A stretch of DNA of 64,000 bases. Origin: an uncultured delta proteobacterium. Its GTDB lineage: Bacteria; Myxococcota_A; UBA9160; SMWR01. The notes beneath the pieces are model-generated. The model was given only the letters and a program-made list of their open reading frames with translations, ran no database searches and had not been told where the DNA came from. Both the position numbers and the translations under genes were made by a program. Shown here piece after piece: positions 30,734 to 40,819 of the stretch (positions are counted from its first letter, which is position 1; each line of letters opens with the position of its first letter). The stretch covers positions 928,001 to 992,000 of the forward strand of contig CAWHTE010000007.1 in the NCBI GenBank assembly GCA_963832165.1. The letters run 5' to 3'.

Positions 30734-31624
30734 ATGAAAAGCGATCAATTGAAGTTCGTCACCGATATGCTCCGCAACGCGCCGGCCGTCAACGGTGCCG
30801 ACGTCCTCGCCATGCGCAAGAACATGGAGGCGGTCGTCGGCGCGATGCCGCCTCCCGAGGGCGTCTCCTTGAGCCCGGTCGATGCGAATGGAGTTCCGGC
30901 CGAGTGGACGGTGGCCGACGGCGCGCGCGACGACGTCGCGATCGTCTGCTTCCACGGCGGGGGCTACGTGATGGGGTCGCTCCTCACCCACCGCGGCCAC
31001 TGCGCGCGCCTCTCGCACGCGGCGCGCGCGCGCGTGCTGAGCGTGGACTACCGCCTCGGCCCCGAGCATCCACACCCGGCGGCTGTCGAGGATGCTGTCG
31101 CTGCAGTGCGTTTCGCGCGCGAGAGCGGCATCGCGCCGGGGCGCACCGCCGTCGCGGGCGACTCGGCAGGGGGCGGCCTCACGCTCGCAACCCTCGTTGC
31201 TTTGCGCGATGTGGGCTACCCCGCTCTGGCCGCGGGCCTGTGCATCTCTCCTTGGACCGATCTGGCGTTCACGGGCGATTCGATCGTGACGAAGGCTGCC
31301 GAGGACCCGATGGTGCGCGCCGCCGATCTCGCGCTGATGGCGAACGCCTATCTCGCGGGTCGCGACGCGACGACGCCGCTCGCCTCGCCGCTCTACGCAA
31401 ACCTCGCGGGCCTGCCGCCGCTGCTGCTGCAGGTCGGGAGCGCCGAGATCCTGCTGGACGACGCCGTGCGCGTCGCCGAGCGTGCGCGCGCAGCCGGCGT
31501 CGAGGTCGAGCTGCGCGTGTGGCAGGACATGTTCCACGTCTGGCACGCCTTCGCACAGATCCTGCCCGAGGGGCAGCAGGCGGTGGAAGAGATGGCGCAC
31601 TTCCTCGAGAAGCGCCTCGCCTGA
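30734..31624 (+). CDS. Alpha/beta hydrolase (HSL-family esterase)
   Basis: HGGGY, DYRL, GDSAGG, E..LDD, HVW. Confidence 0.92.
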   Translation: MKSDQLKFVTDMLRNAPAVNGADVLAMRKNMEAVVGAMPPPEGVSLSPVDANGVPAEWTVADGARDDVAIVCFHGGGYVMGSLLTHRGHCARLSHAARARVLSVDYRLGPEHPHPAAVEDAVAAVRFARESGIAPGRTAVAGDSAGGGLTLATLVALRDVGYPALAAGLCISPWTDLAFTGDSIVTKAAEDPMVRAADLALMANAYLAGRDATTPLASPLYANLAGLPPLLLQVGSAEILLDDAVRVAERARAAGVEVELRVWQDMFHVWHAFAQILPEGQQAVEEMAHFLEKRLA

Positions 31625-31635
31625 CGCCACCGCGT

Positions 31636-32508
31636 TCAAGCCTCATCACCGCCGAACACACCGCCTAGCACCGGGTTGGTGGCGTCATCGATGCCCCGGT
31701 GGCGCTGGCGCGCGGCGACGCGCCACGGGTCGCCTTCGGGCGGGAGCACCCAGAAGCGGTTCTCGCGGATCGCCGCGAGCGTGCGCTCGGCGAGCACGCG
31801 CGGGTCGACGCCCAACGAGGCCACGTTGCTCACGGCGGCTTCCACCTGCCTCGTCTCCTCGGGCAGATCCTCCTCGGCTTCGCGCTTGAGATCCGGGGGC
31901 CGATTGCGCCCGGCCTGGAAGATGCGCGTATTCACGAGCTCGGGGCACACGACGGAGACGCCGACCGGGCAGCTCTCGCGCGCTGCGAGCTCGTGGAAGA
32001 GACTCTCGGAGAGCGCCACCACGGCGTGCTTGCTCATGGAGTACGCGGCCGTCAGCGGGCCGGTGGTGAGCCCGGCCATCGAGGCCGTGTTGATCACGTG
32101 GGCCGGCTCATTCTGCTCGAACAGGATCGGGACGAACGTGCGGATGCCGTGGATCACGCCCCAGACGTTCACCTTGAGGATCCACTCGTAGTCGTTCAGC
32201 GACGTCCCCCAGCTCGTTCCTCCAAGGAAGACGCCCGCGTTGTTGCAGACCACGTGGACGCGGCCGAATGCCGAGCGCGCGTCCTCGGCGAGCTTGCGGA
32301 CGGCGTCGGCCTGCGAGACGTCACATGCGAAGGCCTCGACCTCGACGCCGTCGGCCGCGAGATCCTTGCGCACCTCGCGGAGCGCTCCCATCTCGACGTC
32401 GGCGAGCGCGACCTTCATGCCCGCGGCACCGAAGGTCCGCGCCATCGCGCGGCCGATTCCGCTGGCCGCACCCGTCACGACGGCGACCTTGCCCTCCACG
32501 ACCTGCAT
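31636..32508 (-). CDS. SDR family oxidoreductase
   Basis: TGAASGIG, CNNAGV, YSMSK. Confidence 0.92.
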   Translation of the reverse strand: MQVVEGKVAVVTGAASGIGRAMARTFGAAGMKVALADVEMGALREVRKDLAADGVEVEAFACDVSQADAVRKLAEDARSAFGRVHVVCNNAGVFLGGTSWGTSLNDYEWILKVNVWGVIHGIRTFVPILFEQNEPAHVINTASMAGLTTGPLTAAYSMSKHAVVALSESLFHELAARESCPVGVSVVCPELVNTRIFQAGRNRPPDLKREAEEDLPEETRQVEAAVSNVASLGVDPRVLAERTLAAIRENRFWVLPPEGDPWRVAARQRHRGIDDATNPVLGGVFGGDEA

Positions 32509-32517
32509 CCATCCTCC

Positions 32518-33723
32518 TTAGAAGCGCACCGGGAGCGTCTCGATCCCCACGATGAAGTTGGTCGGGCGCAGCGGCGGCGCGTCGTTCGTGGAGAGCTCCA
32601 GGTTGGGGAAGCGGCGCAGCAGCTCCTCGAACATCACACATAGCTCCAGGCGCGCGAGGGAGCTCCCGAGGCAGTAGTGCGCCCCGCGGCCGCCGAACGC
32701 GACATGCGGGTTGGGATCGCGCGTGATGTCGAAGCGGAACGGATCGTCGAAGATGGTCTCGTCGCGGTTGCCCGATGGATACATGAGCAGCAGGCGGTCG
32801 CCCGCGCGGAAGCGGTGGCCGGATAGCTCCACGTCCTCGGCGGCGGTGCGCATCATGTTCTGGATCGGAGTCACCCAGCGGAGCATCTCCTCCACCGCGC
32901 GCGGAATGCGGGACGGATCCTCGCGCAGTGCGCGGAGCTGCTCCGGGTGCTGGAGCAGCGCGTACATCCCGCCGCTGATCACGTGGCGGGTCGTCTCGTC
33001 ACCACCGATCAGGATCAGCAGCGACTCCATGAAGAGCGACTCGTCGTCGAGGCGGTCGCCGTCGATCTCCGCGTGCACGAGGACGCTCATGAGATCGTCT
33101 GCGGGAGGCCGCGCGCGCCGATCCTTCACGACGCGCAGGCAGTACTCGCGATACTCGAGCGCGGCCTTCGCCTGGGCGGCGGTCTTCTCCGGATCGCTGC
33201 TGCCGAGCGCTCGCATCAGGTCGTCGGACCAGCGCAGCAGGCGATCGTGATCCTCGGCCTCGACCCCGAGCAGGTCGCCGATCACGATCAGCGGCAGCCG
33301 CGCGGCGACGTCGAAGACGAATTCGCACTCGCCGCGCTCGGCCACATCGTCGAGGATCTGCGTGCAGATCTCGCGCACGCGGCGCTCGTAGTCGGAGACC
33401 CGGCGCGGCGTGAAGCCGCGGTTCACGAGGTTGCGACGGATCATGTGCTCGGGACGGTCCATCGCGATCATGTGCGGGACGGGCGGCGCGTCGGGCCGGT
33501 AGCCCTGCGCGCTCCGGAACACGTCGGAGCGCTTCGAGACGGTCATGATGTCGGCATGGCGCGTCACGGCCCACAGGCCGTTCTTCGCGTCGTGGTAGAT
33601 GGGCTCGTGGTCGCGCATCCAGCGCAGCGCATCGTGCAGATGCGCCGAGGCATAGGTGTGCCCGTCGACGAGGTCGACCTCGGGGCGGCGCCCGACGTCG
33701 GTCGGGTCTGTAACAGTGCTCAT
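32518..33723 (-). CDS. Cytochrome P450, CYP142-like (steroid C26 monooxygenase family)
   Basis: VDLVDG, LLILIGGDETTRH, EEMLRW, HYCLG, PLRPTNF; recalled resemblance to mycobacterial CYP142. Confidence 0.88.
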   Translation of the reverse strand: MSTVTDPTDVGRRPEVDLVDGHTYASAHLHDALRWMRDHEPIYHDAKNGLWAVTRHADIMTVSKRSDVFRSAQGYRPDAPPVPHMIAMDRPEHMIRRNLVNRGFTPRRVSDYERRVREICTQILDDVAERGECEFVFDVAARLPLIVIGDLLGVEAEDHDRLLRWSDDLMRALGSSDPEKTAAQAKAALEYREYCLRVVKDRRARPPADDLMSVLVHAEIDGDRLDDESLFMESLLILIGGDETTRHVISGGMYALLQHPEQLRALREDPSRIPRAVEEMLRWVTPIQNMMRTAAEDVELSGHRFRAGDRLLLMYPSGNRDETIFDDPFRFDITRDPNPHVAFGGRGAHYCLGSSLARLELCVMFEELLRRFPNLELSTNDAPPLRPTNFIVGIETLPVRF

Positions 33724-33738
33724 CTGACTCTCCGCAGG

Positions 33739-33810
33739 CTAACGAAACTTCGGGATCACCTCGCGGCCGAAGCGGCGCATCGCGCTCACCGTCGCGCTCT
33801 GGATCTCCCG
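33739..33810 (-). pseudogene. C-terminal remnant of an LLM-class oxidoreductase
   Basis: ..REIQSATVSAMRRFGREVIPKFR-stop matches the typical LLM C-terminus; no upstream LLM body. Confidence 0.45.
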
Positions 33811-34412
33811 GCGCGGGGCGACGTCGCGCGGACGGACGGCGCCACCCAACGTTGCAGGAGAGAACGCAGCTTCGCCCCGCTGCGGTGGCGCGGCGGAGCG
33901 AGAACCAACGATTGCAGGACGCGCAGCCCGAACTCGACGAGCTCGTCGATCTCCCCAGCTCCGTAGCCATGGGCTGCCCAATCGACGTTCATGCGCTCGA
34001 GCATCGACCGCGCGAACGCCATTCCCTGGGGCGACGTCACGCCCTTGAGGAACGCTTCGGATCGGCCCGTGGTGAGCAGCAGCCCCAGGAACCGCTCGTC
34101 CGGCAGACGCTCGAATGTGTAGGCGATGCCCTCCACGATGGCATCACCGGGTTCGGAGAAATCCGCCACGCGCGCTTCGAGCTGATCCAAGTAGGTATCT
34201 GCAGCCGCCACACCCACGGCGAATAGCAGGTCGTCGGTGCTCTTGAACAGCCGGTACACGGTCTGGCGGGTGACGCCTAGCTCGATAGCCACGTCGGACA
34301 GGCTTGTCTTGTGGGGACCATGGCGATCGACGCATGACATCGCCGCTTCGATGATCCGCTCCCGCGCTTCCTCGTCGTCGCGGGGCGGGTTGCCACGCCA
34401 GCCTCGGGCCAT
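33786..34412 (-). CDS. TetR/AcrR family transcriptional regulator
   Basis: SLSDVAIELGVTRQTVYRLF HTH; SD AAGGAG. Confidence 0.9.
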   Translation of the reverse strand: MARGWRGNPPRDDEEARERIIEAAMSCVDRHGPHKTSLSDVAIELGVTRQTVYRLFKSTDDLLFAVGVAAADTYLDQLEARVADFSEPGDAIVEGIAYTFERLPDERFLGLLLTTGRSEAFLKGVTSPQGMAFARSMLERMNVDWAAHGYGAGEIDELVEFGLRVLQSLVLAPPRHRSGAKLRSLLQRWVAPSVRATSPRAGRSRARR

Positions 34413-34424
34413 GTCACGCGCTCC

Positions 34425-34464
34425 TTGACAATATCATACAATCAATCATATCATGTATGATTGA
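34425..34464. promoter_or_regulatory. Sigma70-like promoter with overlapping inverted-repeat operator
   Basis: TTGACA(34425)-N18-TATCAT; IR TCAATCATA-N5-TATGATTGA (34442-34464); AT-rich island between divergent genes. Confidence 0.7.
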
Positions 34465-34490
34465 ATGGACAAGGCGGGGAGATCGGGCCC

Positions 34491-35735
34491 ATGAGAGCGC
34501 TGGCAGACTTCGACCCGTTCTCCCTCGACGTCGTGCAGGAGCCGCACGAGTTCTTCGCGTCGCTGCGCCGCGAGGCGCCGCTGTATCGCCTGCCGAACGG
34601 CGCCTACTACCTGATCAGCCGATACCGCGACGTGCGCGATGCGGCGATGAACATCGACGACTACTCCTCGAACCTGGTCGCGGTGATGATGCAGGGGCAG
34701 CTCGATCGCCCCGAGCTGCTGTCGCTCTCGGGCGGCGGCGCGATGGGGGCCGTGGATGCGCTCGCGGTGGCGGACCCGCCCGTGCACGCGCGCCAGCGCA
34801 AGCTATCGAACAAGGCGTTCTCGATGCGGCGCGTCGCCGCGCTCGAGCCCGCGATCCGCGCGCTCGCGGAGTCGCTGATCGGCGCGATCCTGCCGCAGGG
34901 CGATGCGCGCTGGAGCTCCGCCGAGTGGATGCGCGAGGTGGCGGTGCCGCTGCCGATGACCGTGATCGCGGGGCTGATCGGTGTGCCGAGCGAAGACATC
35001 CCTCAGCTCAAGCGCTGGTCCGACGCAGCGGTATCGCTGCTCTCCGGGGTCAACACGCCCGCGCAGCTCGCCGAGAGCGCGGGGCAGGTGGTCCAGCTGG
35101 TCGCCTACTTCGGCCAGCGCGTCGACGAGGCGGCGCGCGCGCCCAAGGATGACGTGCTCGGGGACCTCGTGCGCAGTCAGGCCAGCGGCGAGCTCACGCG
35201 CGACGAGGTGATCTCGATCCTGCTCCAGGTCCTCACCGCGGGGAACGAGAGCACCACGAGCCTGATCGGCAGCGCGCTGTGGCTACTGCTCGAGAATCCG
35301 GACGTTGAACAGCGGATCCGCACCGACCACACGCTGCTCGAACCGTTCATCGAGGAGGCGCTGCGGCTCGAGTCGCCGTTCCACGGCCATTTCCGGCTCG
35401 TGCGCCGCGACACCGAGGTCGCAGGGGAGCCGCTGGCGGCGGGCAGCCGCGTGATGCTGCTCTGGAGCGCGGCGAATCGCGACGGCGACGAGTTCCCGAA
35501 CCCCGATGCGATCGACCTCGCGCGCCGCAACGCAAAGGCGCATCTGGGCTTCGGGATCGGCATCCACCACTGCATCGGCGCGGCACTCGCGCGGCTCGAG
35601 ACGCGCGTCGTGCTCGAGACGCTGTTCGCGCGCGCGAGCGCGATCCGGCTCGCGGACGGCGCAAAGCTCGAGCACGTGCCGAGCATGCTGGTACGCTGCT
35701 TCGCGGCGCTCCCCGTCGAGATGAGAGGAGCGTGA
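34491..35735 (+). CDS. Cytochrome P450
   Basis: AGNESTT, EEALR, FGIGIHHCIG. Confidence 0.92.
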   Translation: MRALADFDPFSLDVVQEPHEFFASLRREAPLYRLPNGAYYLISRYRDVRDAAMNIDDYSSNLVAVMMQGQLDRPELLSLSGGGAMGAVDALAVADPPVHARQRKLSNKAFSMRRVAALEPAIRALAESLIGAILPQGDARWSSAEWMREVAVPLPMTVIAGLIGVPSEDIPQLKRWSDAAVSLLSGVNTPAQLAESAGQVVQLVAYFGQRVDEAARAPKDDVLGDLVRSQASGELTRDEVISILLQVLTAGNESTTSLIGSALWLLLENPDVEQRIRTDHTLLEPFIEEALRLESPFHGHFRLVRRDTEVAGEPLAAGSRVMLLWSAANRDGDEFPNPDAIDLARRNAKAHLGFGIGIHHCIGAALARLETRVVLETLFARASAIRLADGAKLEHVPSMLVRCFAALPVEMRGA

Positions 35736-35751
35736 TGGGGGGAGTCACGGC

Positions 35752-36654
35752 ATGACCGCGCTGAAGGTCCGCAAGCTGCGCTGGGAGTTCGACGAGACGA
35801 CTCCGTTCCAGTGGAACCGCTCCAATCCGCGCTTCGGCCTCCAGATGAACAGCCTCAGCTTCTTCGCGCCCGCCTTCGAGCGTTACATCGTCAAGGCGAC
35901 GCGGATGGCGATGCGGGAGATCTCCGACGCCGCTACGCACGAGGAGGCCACCGCGTTTCTTCACCAGGAGGCGCTGCACGCCGCTGCGCACCGCGAGCAC
36001 ACGGCGGCGCTCGTCCATCAGCACCCCGGTCTCCGAACGGTGCTCGAGCACGTCGACGCGAGTTTCGATCGGCTGTTCGAGACGCGCCCGCTCCGCTACC
36101 ACCTGGCCTACATCGCGGACATCGAGGCGACCTTCACGCCGCTGTTCGACCTGATGCTGCGCCATCGCGACACGCTCTTCGACAACGGCGATCGCCGCGT
36201 CGCGCCGCTCTTCATGTGGCACCTGGTCGAGGAGGTCGAGCACCGCTGCTCCGCTCAGCTCATCTACGACGCCGTGGTCCCCTCTCCGTGGTATCGGCTG
36301 CGCGTCGTACCCAGCGTGTTCCGTCACGTCCTGTCGTGCACGAACGTCATCTTCCGCGGCTTCGACGAGCACGTTCCGGCGGCGGACCGGGGCATGGACG
36401 CAGCCGAGATGATCATCGGCAGGAACACCCTCCGCGCCTTGTTCGAGCGGGATCGATCCGGCGTGCCGCCGCAGTTCCCCTCGGCGTCATGGCGGGAGAT
36501 CGCGATGCTCCTCTGCCGGTTGGTGCGCTCCCAGCGTCCCGGCCACACGCCTGCGACCGAGCGGATACCGCCGTTCGCGGAGGAGTGGCTCGATGCCTAC
36601 GACGCGGGCCGCGACGTCGTGAATTGGTACGCGGAAGGCGCGCCATCGCGCTGA
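35752..36654 (+). CDS. Predicted metal-dependent hydrolase (ferritin-like di-metal family)
   Basis: FERY, QEALHAAAH, EATF, WHLVEEVEH motifs. Confidence 0.85.
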   Translation: MTALKVRKLRWEFDETTPFQWNRSNPRFGLQMNSLSFFAPAFERYIVKATRMAMREISDAATHEEATAFLHQEALHAAAHREHTAALVHQHPGLRTVLEHVDASFDRLFETRPLRYHLAYIADIEATFTPLFDLMLRHRDTLFDNGDRRVAPLFMWHLVEEVEHRCSAQLIYDAVVPSPWYRLRVVPSVFRHVLSCTNVIFRGFDEHVPAADRGMDAAEMIIGRNTLRALFERDRSGVPPQFPSASWREIAMLLCRLVRSQRPGHTPATERIPPFAEEWLDAYDAGRDVVNWYAEGAPSR

Positions 36655-36658
36655 GCAC

Positions 36659-37564
36659 TCAGCCGCGACGCGACGGACGGATCACGTGCTCGGGCCGCGG
36701 CTTCTGCTCGGCGGGCGCCTGGCTGTAGTCGCCGAACGGTGCGTCGCGCCGGCGCACCGCTGCGGGCACACCCTCCTTCGCCGCGACGTCGATGAACTCG
36801 TGTGCCTCGGCGATGTTGCGCATGTAGCCGTCGAGGATCGGGCCGAGCAGCTGAGTCGAGCCGAGCCCCATGTTGTCGAAAGCCTGGTTCACGATCAGCT
36901 TCATCGCGGCGAGCTGCGGGAGCGGAAGCAGCGCGAGCTCCTCGGCCTGCTGGCGCACGGTGTCCTCGAGCTCCGCGAACGGCACGGCGCGGTTGATGAG
37001 ACCGATCTCGGCCGCCTGCTTTCCCGACAGCGGCCTGCCCGTGAGCGCGTGCTCCTTGGCCTTCGTGAGACCGAGGCGGTAGATCCACATGCCCGACAGG
37101 TAACAGCCCCAGACGCGCGCATACGGCGTGCCGATCTGCGCGTCTTCGGACGCGATCACGAGATCGGCGCATAGCGCCATGTCCGATCCGCCGCCCACGC
37201 ACCAGCCGTGCACCTGCGCGATCACGGGCTTCGGGCTTCTCCAGAGGCTCATGAACTTCGGAACGGGTCCCGTGAACGGACTCGTGACGCCGATCATGTC
37301 GCGTCCCGGATCCCAGCGGCCCTCGTTCTCGAGCAGGCCCGACCACGCCGACACGTTGTCGGCGAAATCGAAGCCCGCACAGAAGCTGCGGCCCGCGCCG
37401 CGCAGCACGATCACCTTCACCGCCCGATCGCGGTTGGCCTCCGCCACGCAGCGCTCGAGCTCGTCGGGCATCGGCGGCACGATCGTGTTCAGGCGCTCGG
37501 GGCGATTGAACGTCAGCGTGGCGATCGCGCCGTCCACTTCGTAGAGCATGGTTTCGAGCTGCAC
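36659..37564 (-). CDS. Crotonase/enoyl-CoA hydratase family protein
   Basis: NRPERLN, FCAGFD, KPVIAQVHGWCVGGG. Confidence 0.88.
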   Translation of the reverse strand: MQLETMLYEVDGAIATLTFNRPERLNTIVPPMPDELERCVAEANRDRAVKVIVLRGAGRSFCAGFDFADNVSAWSGLLENEGRWDPGRDMIGVTSPFTGPVPKFMSLWRSPKPVIAQVHGWCVGGGSDMALCADLVIASEDAQIGTPYARVWGCYLSGMWIYRLGLTKAKEHALTGRPLSGKQAAEIGLINRAVPFAELEDTVRQQAEELALLPLPQLAAMKLIVNQAFDNMGLGSTQLLGPILDGYMRNIAEAHEFIDVAAKEGVPAAVRRRDAPFGDYSQAPAEQKPRPEHVIRPSRRG

Positions 37565-37612
37565 GGGTCTGCCTCCCGGAACAATTGTACCCTCGCCCCC
37601 CACGGAGGCGTC

Positions 37613-38624
37613 ATGCAGCTCGGAATGATCGGGCTCGGAAGAATGGGCGCGAACATGACGCGCCGGTTGCTCGCGGGCGGCCATGTCTGCTGCGTATACG
37701 ACGTCGATCCCGCCGCGGCCGCGCGTCTCGCCGCGGAAGGCGCAAAGGCGGCCGCGTCTCCGCGCGAGCTGGTCGAGCAGCTGGCCCCGCCTCGGGTGCT
37801 GTGGATGATGGTTCCCGCGGCTTTCGTCGACGAGACGATCGAGCGGTTCGCCCCGCTGCTCTCTCCCGGAGACGTCCTGATCGATGGCGGCAATTCCCGC
37901 TATCACGACGACCTCCGCCGCGCACGCGAGCTCGGCGATCGCGGTCTGCATTTCGTGGACGTGGGCACGAGCGGAGGCGTGTTCGGACTCGAGCGCGGCT
38001 ATTGCCTGATGATCGGCGGCGAAGCCGAGATCGTGGGAAGACTCGAGCCGATCTTCGCGACGCTCGCTCCGTCATCGGATGCGACCGCGCGCACGCTCCG
38101 GCCGCGGTGGAGAGCCGCACGGCGGCGAGCGCGGTTTCCTCCACTGCGGTCCTCACGGCGCCGGACACTTCGTGAAGATGGTGCACAACGGGATCGAGTA
38201 CGGGCTGATGGCGGCCTATGCCGAGGGCTTCAACATCCTGCGCCATGCCGGCGTCGGCCGTCACCGCGTGGCAGACGATGCGGAGACGACGCCGCTCGAG
38301 CATCCCGAGCACTACCAGTACGACCTCGATCTCCCGGAGATCGCAGAGCTGTGGCGGCGCGGAAGCGTGATCGGATCCTGGCTCCTCGATCTGACGGCGA
38401 GCGCGCTTCGCAAGGATCCCGAGCTCGCGAGCTTCGCGGGCCGCGTCTCCGATTCGGGCGAGGGGCGCTGGACGATCCAGGCGGCCATCGAAGAGGGCGT
38501 CCCCGCTCACGTGCTCACGGCGGCGCTCTACGAGCGCTTCGGCTCGCGCGACGCCGACCAGTTCGCGAACCAGCTGCTCTCGGCGCTGCGCTCCGAATTC
38601 GGCGGCCACCACGAGAAATCCTGA
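37613..38624 (+). CDS. gnd: 6-phosphogluconate dehydrogenase, decarboxylating (frameshift near 38100)
   Basis: [45 protein letters not shown]. Confidence 0.9.
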
Positions 38625-38649
38625 GCGTCCGACGAACAGAGAGGTGCCC

Positions 38650-40048
38650 ATGGCACGCGTTCCGTCCGATGGGCTGGTGATATTCGGGGCTACCGGCGAC
38701 CTCGCGTTCAAGAAGATCTTTCCGTCCCTGCACGCGATGGTGAAACGCGGGCGCCTCGAAGTGCCCGTGGTCACGGTGGGCCGCGAACCGCACGACGCAG
38801 GGCGGATTCACGCCCGCGCGCGGGAGAGCATCGAGACCCACGGCGGCGGAATCGATGCAGCTGCCTTCGACAAGCTGGTGCAGCGGATGTCCTACGTCGG
38901 CGGCGACTATGCCGACCCGACGACCTTCGCCGCGATCCGAGCGGCGCTCGGGGCGGCGAGCCATCCCACCTTCTATCTCGCGATTCCTCCGAGCGCGTTC
39001 TCGACCGTGGCGAGCGGTCTGGCCCAGTCCGGTTGCGCGGAAGGCGGACGCGTCGTGTTGGAGAAGCCGTTCGGACGCGATCTCGCTTCGGCCCGCGAGC
39101 TCAATCGGATCCTCCACGAGCACTTCGCGGAGGAATCGATCTTCCGCATCGATCACTATCTCGGGAAGACGCCGATCCACAACCTGATCCACTTCCGCTT
39201 CGCCAACTCCTTCCTCGAGCCGCTGTGGAATCGCCAATTCGTGGAGAGCGTGCAGATCACGATGGCGGAGAGCTTTGGCGTCGAGGGGCGAGGGGGCTTC
39301 TACGAGGAGACCGGTGCGGTGCGCGACGTCGTGCAGAACCACCTGCTCCAGACGCTGGCACTGCTCGCGATGGAGCCGCCCGTCGGATCGGACTCGGAGG
39401 GACTGCGCGACGAGAAGGCGAAGCTCCTCAGCGCGATCCAACCCCTCGACTGCGGCGACCTGGTGCGCGGCCAGTTCCGCGGCTATCGCGACGAGACAGG
39501 GCGTCGCCGCCGGGTCGAGCGTCGAGACGTTCGCGGCCGCGCGACTGCGCGTGGAGAACTGGCGCTGGTCGGGCGTTCCCTTCCTGATCCGCGCGGGCAA
39601 GAAGCTGCCCGTCACGGCCACGGAAGTGCTCGTGAAGCTGCGCCCGGCTCCGCAGCGCGTCTTCTCCGGCCTGACGTTCGCCAATGAAGGTCCCAACCAC
39701 TTCCGCTTCCGCCTGGGACCGGAGGTCGAGATCGCGCTGTCCGCCCACATCCGCGCGAACGGCGACGTACCGCCCGGAGTCGGCGAGACCGTGGAGCTGC
39801 TCGCGTGCCGCGATCGCCGCGGCATGATCGACGCCTACGATCGACTGCTCAGCGAAGCCATGCACGGAGATCCGCTGCTCTTCGCGCGCCAGGACGAAGT
39901 CGAGCAGTCCTGGCGCATCGTCGATCCGGCGCTCGCGGCGCCGCCGCCGGTCGAGATGTACGAGCCGAACACGTGGGGGCCGGCCGCGGCAGATCAGCTC
40001 GCCGCTCCGCATGGGGGATGGTGGTCGCCCGGCGAGCCGATCTGTTGA
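38650..40048 (+). CDS. zwf: Glucose-6-phosphate 1-dehydrogenase (frameshift near 39500)
   Basis: [38 protein letters not shown]. Confidence 0.9.
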
Positions 40049-40779
40049 TGCGTGTCTGCCGGCTCCGCGACCCGGAAGCGGTCGCGCGGCTCGCCGCGGA
40101 GACCGCCGTCGAAGCGCTTCGAGCCGGGATCGCGGCGCGCGGGATCTTCGCGATCGCGCTGGCGGGCGGCGACACACCTCGGCGTATGTTCGAGCAGCTC
40201 TCCGCGCGAACCGATCTCGATTGGCCCCGCGTCGAGTTCTTCTGGGGCGACGAGCGGCCGGTGCCTCCCGAACACACCGATTCGAACTTCGGCATGGCCC
40301 ATGCGGCGCTGTTGCGCCCGCTCGGCATCGATCCGCGCCGGGTCCACCGCATCGAGGCGGAACGCAGCGATCTGGCCGCGGCGGCTCGCGACTACGAGCA
40401 GGAGCTGGCGAAGACGTGCGGCGCGCCGGACGGGGGCCCACCCATCCTCGACCTCGTGCTTCTGGGCATGGGCGCCGACGGGCACACCGCCTCGCTGTTC
40501 CCGAATACCGCGGCGTTGTCGGAGACGCGGCGCTGGGTCGTCGCGAACGACGTGCCACAGCTCTCGACGCGGCGGATCACGATCACGTTTCCGCTGATCG
40601 AGCGCGCCCGAGCGGTGCTCGTTCTCGTGACCGGAGAGTCCAAGGCGACCGCTCTCGCAGAGGTGCTCGAGGGTCGTCCGGATCCGGAGCGTCTCCCGAG
40701 CCAGCGTCTGCGCGCACTCGCCGGTGTGACGTGGCTCGTCGACGCGCCGGCCGCGAGCGGCCTGCGCGACGGGGCGTAG
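40048..40779 (+). CDS. pgl: 6-phosphogluconolactonase
   Basis: LAGGDTP, GDERPVP, LGMGADGHTASLFP, RITIT; TGATG overlap. Confidence 0.92.
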   Translation: MRVCRLRDPEAVARLAAETAVEALRAGIAARGIFAIALAGGDTPRRMFEQLSARTDLDWPRVEFFWGDERPVPPEHTDSNFGMAHAALLRPLGIDPRRVHRIEAERSDLAAAARDYEQELAKTCGAPDGGPPILDLVLLGMGADGHTASLFPNTAALSETRRWVVANDVPQLSTRRITITFPLIERARAVLVLVTGESKATALAEVLEGRPDPERLPSQRLRALAGVTWLVDAPAASGLRDGA

Positions 40780-40819
40780 ATCGCCACTCCGCAGAGATGA
40801 ACCGACAAGGAGTCGCCTC

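Noticed and set aside
37613..40048. gnd and zwf (and corA) as pseudogenes or programmed frameshifts
   Set aside because: Single indels with fully conserved motifs on both sides, no slippery sequence, and similar errors elsewhere; sequencing error is more likely.
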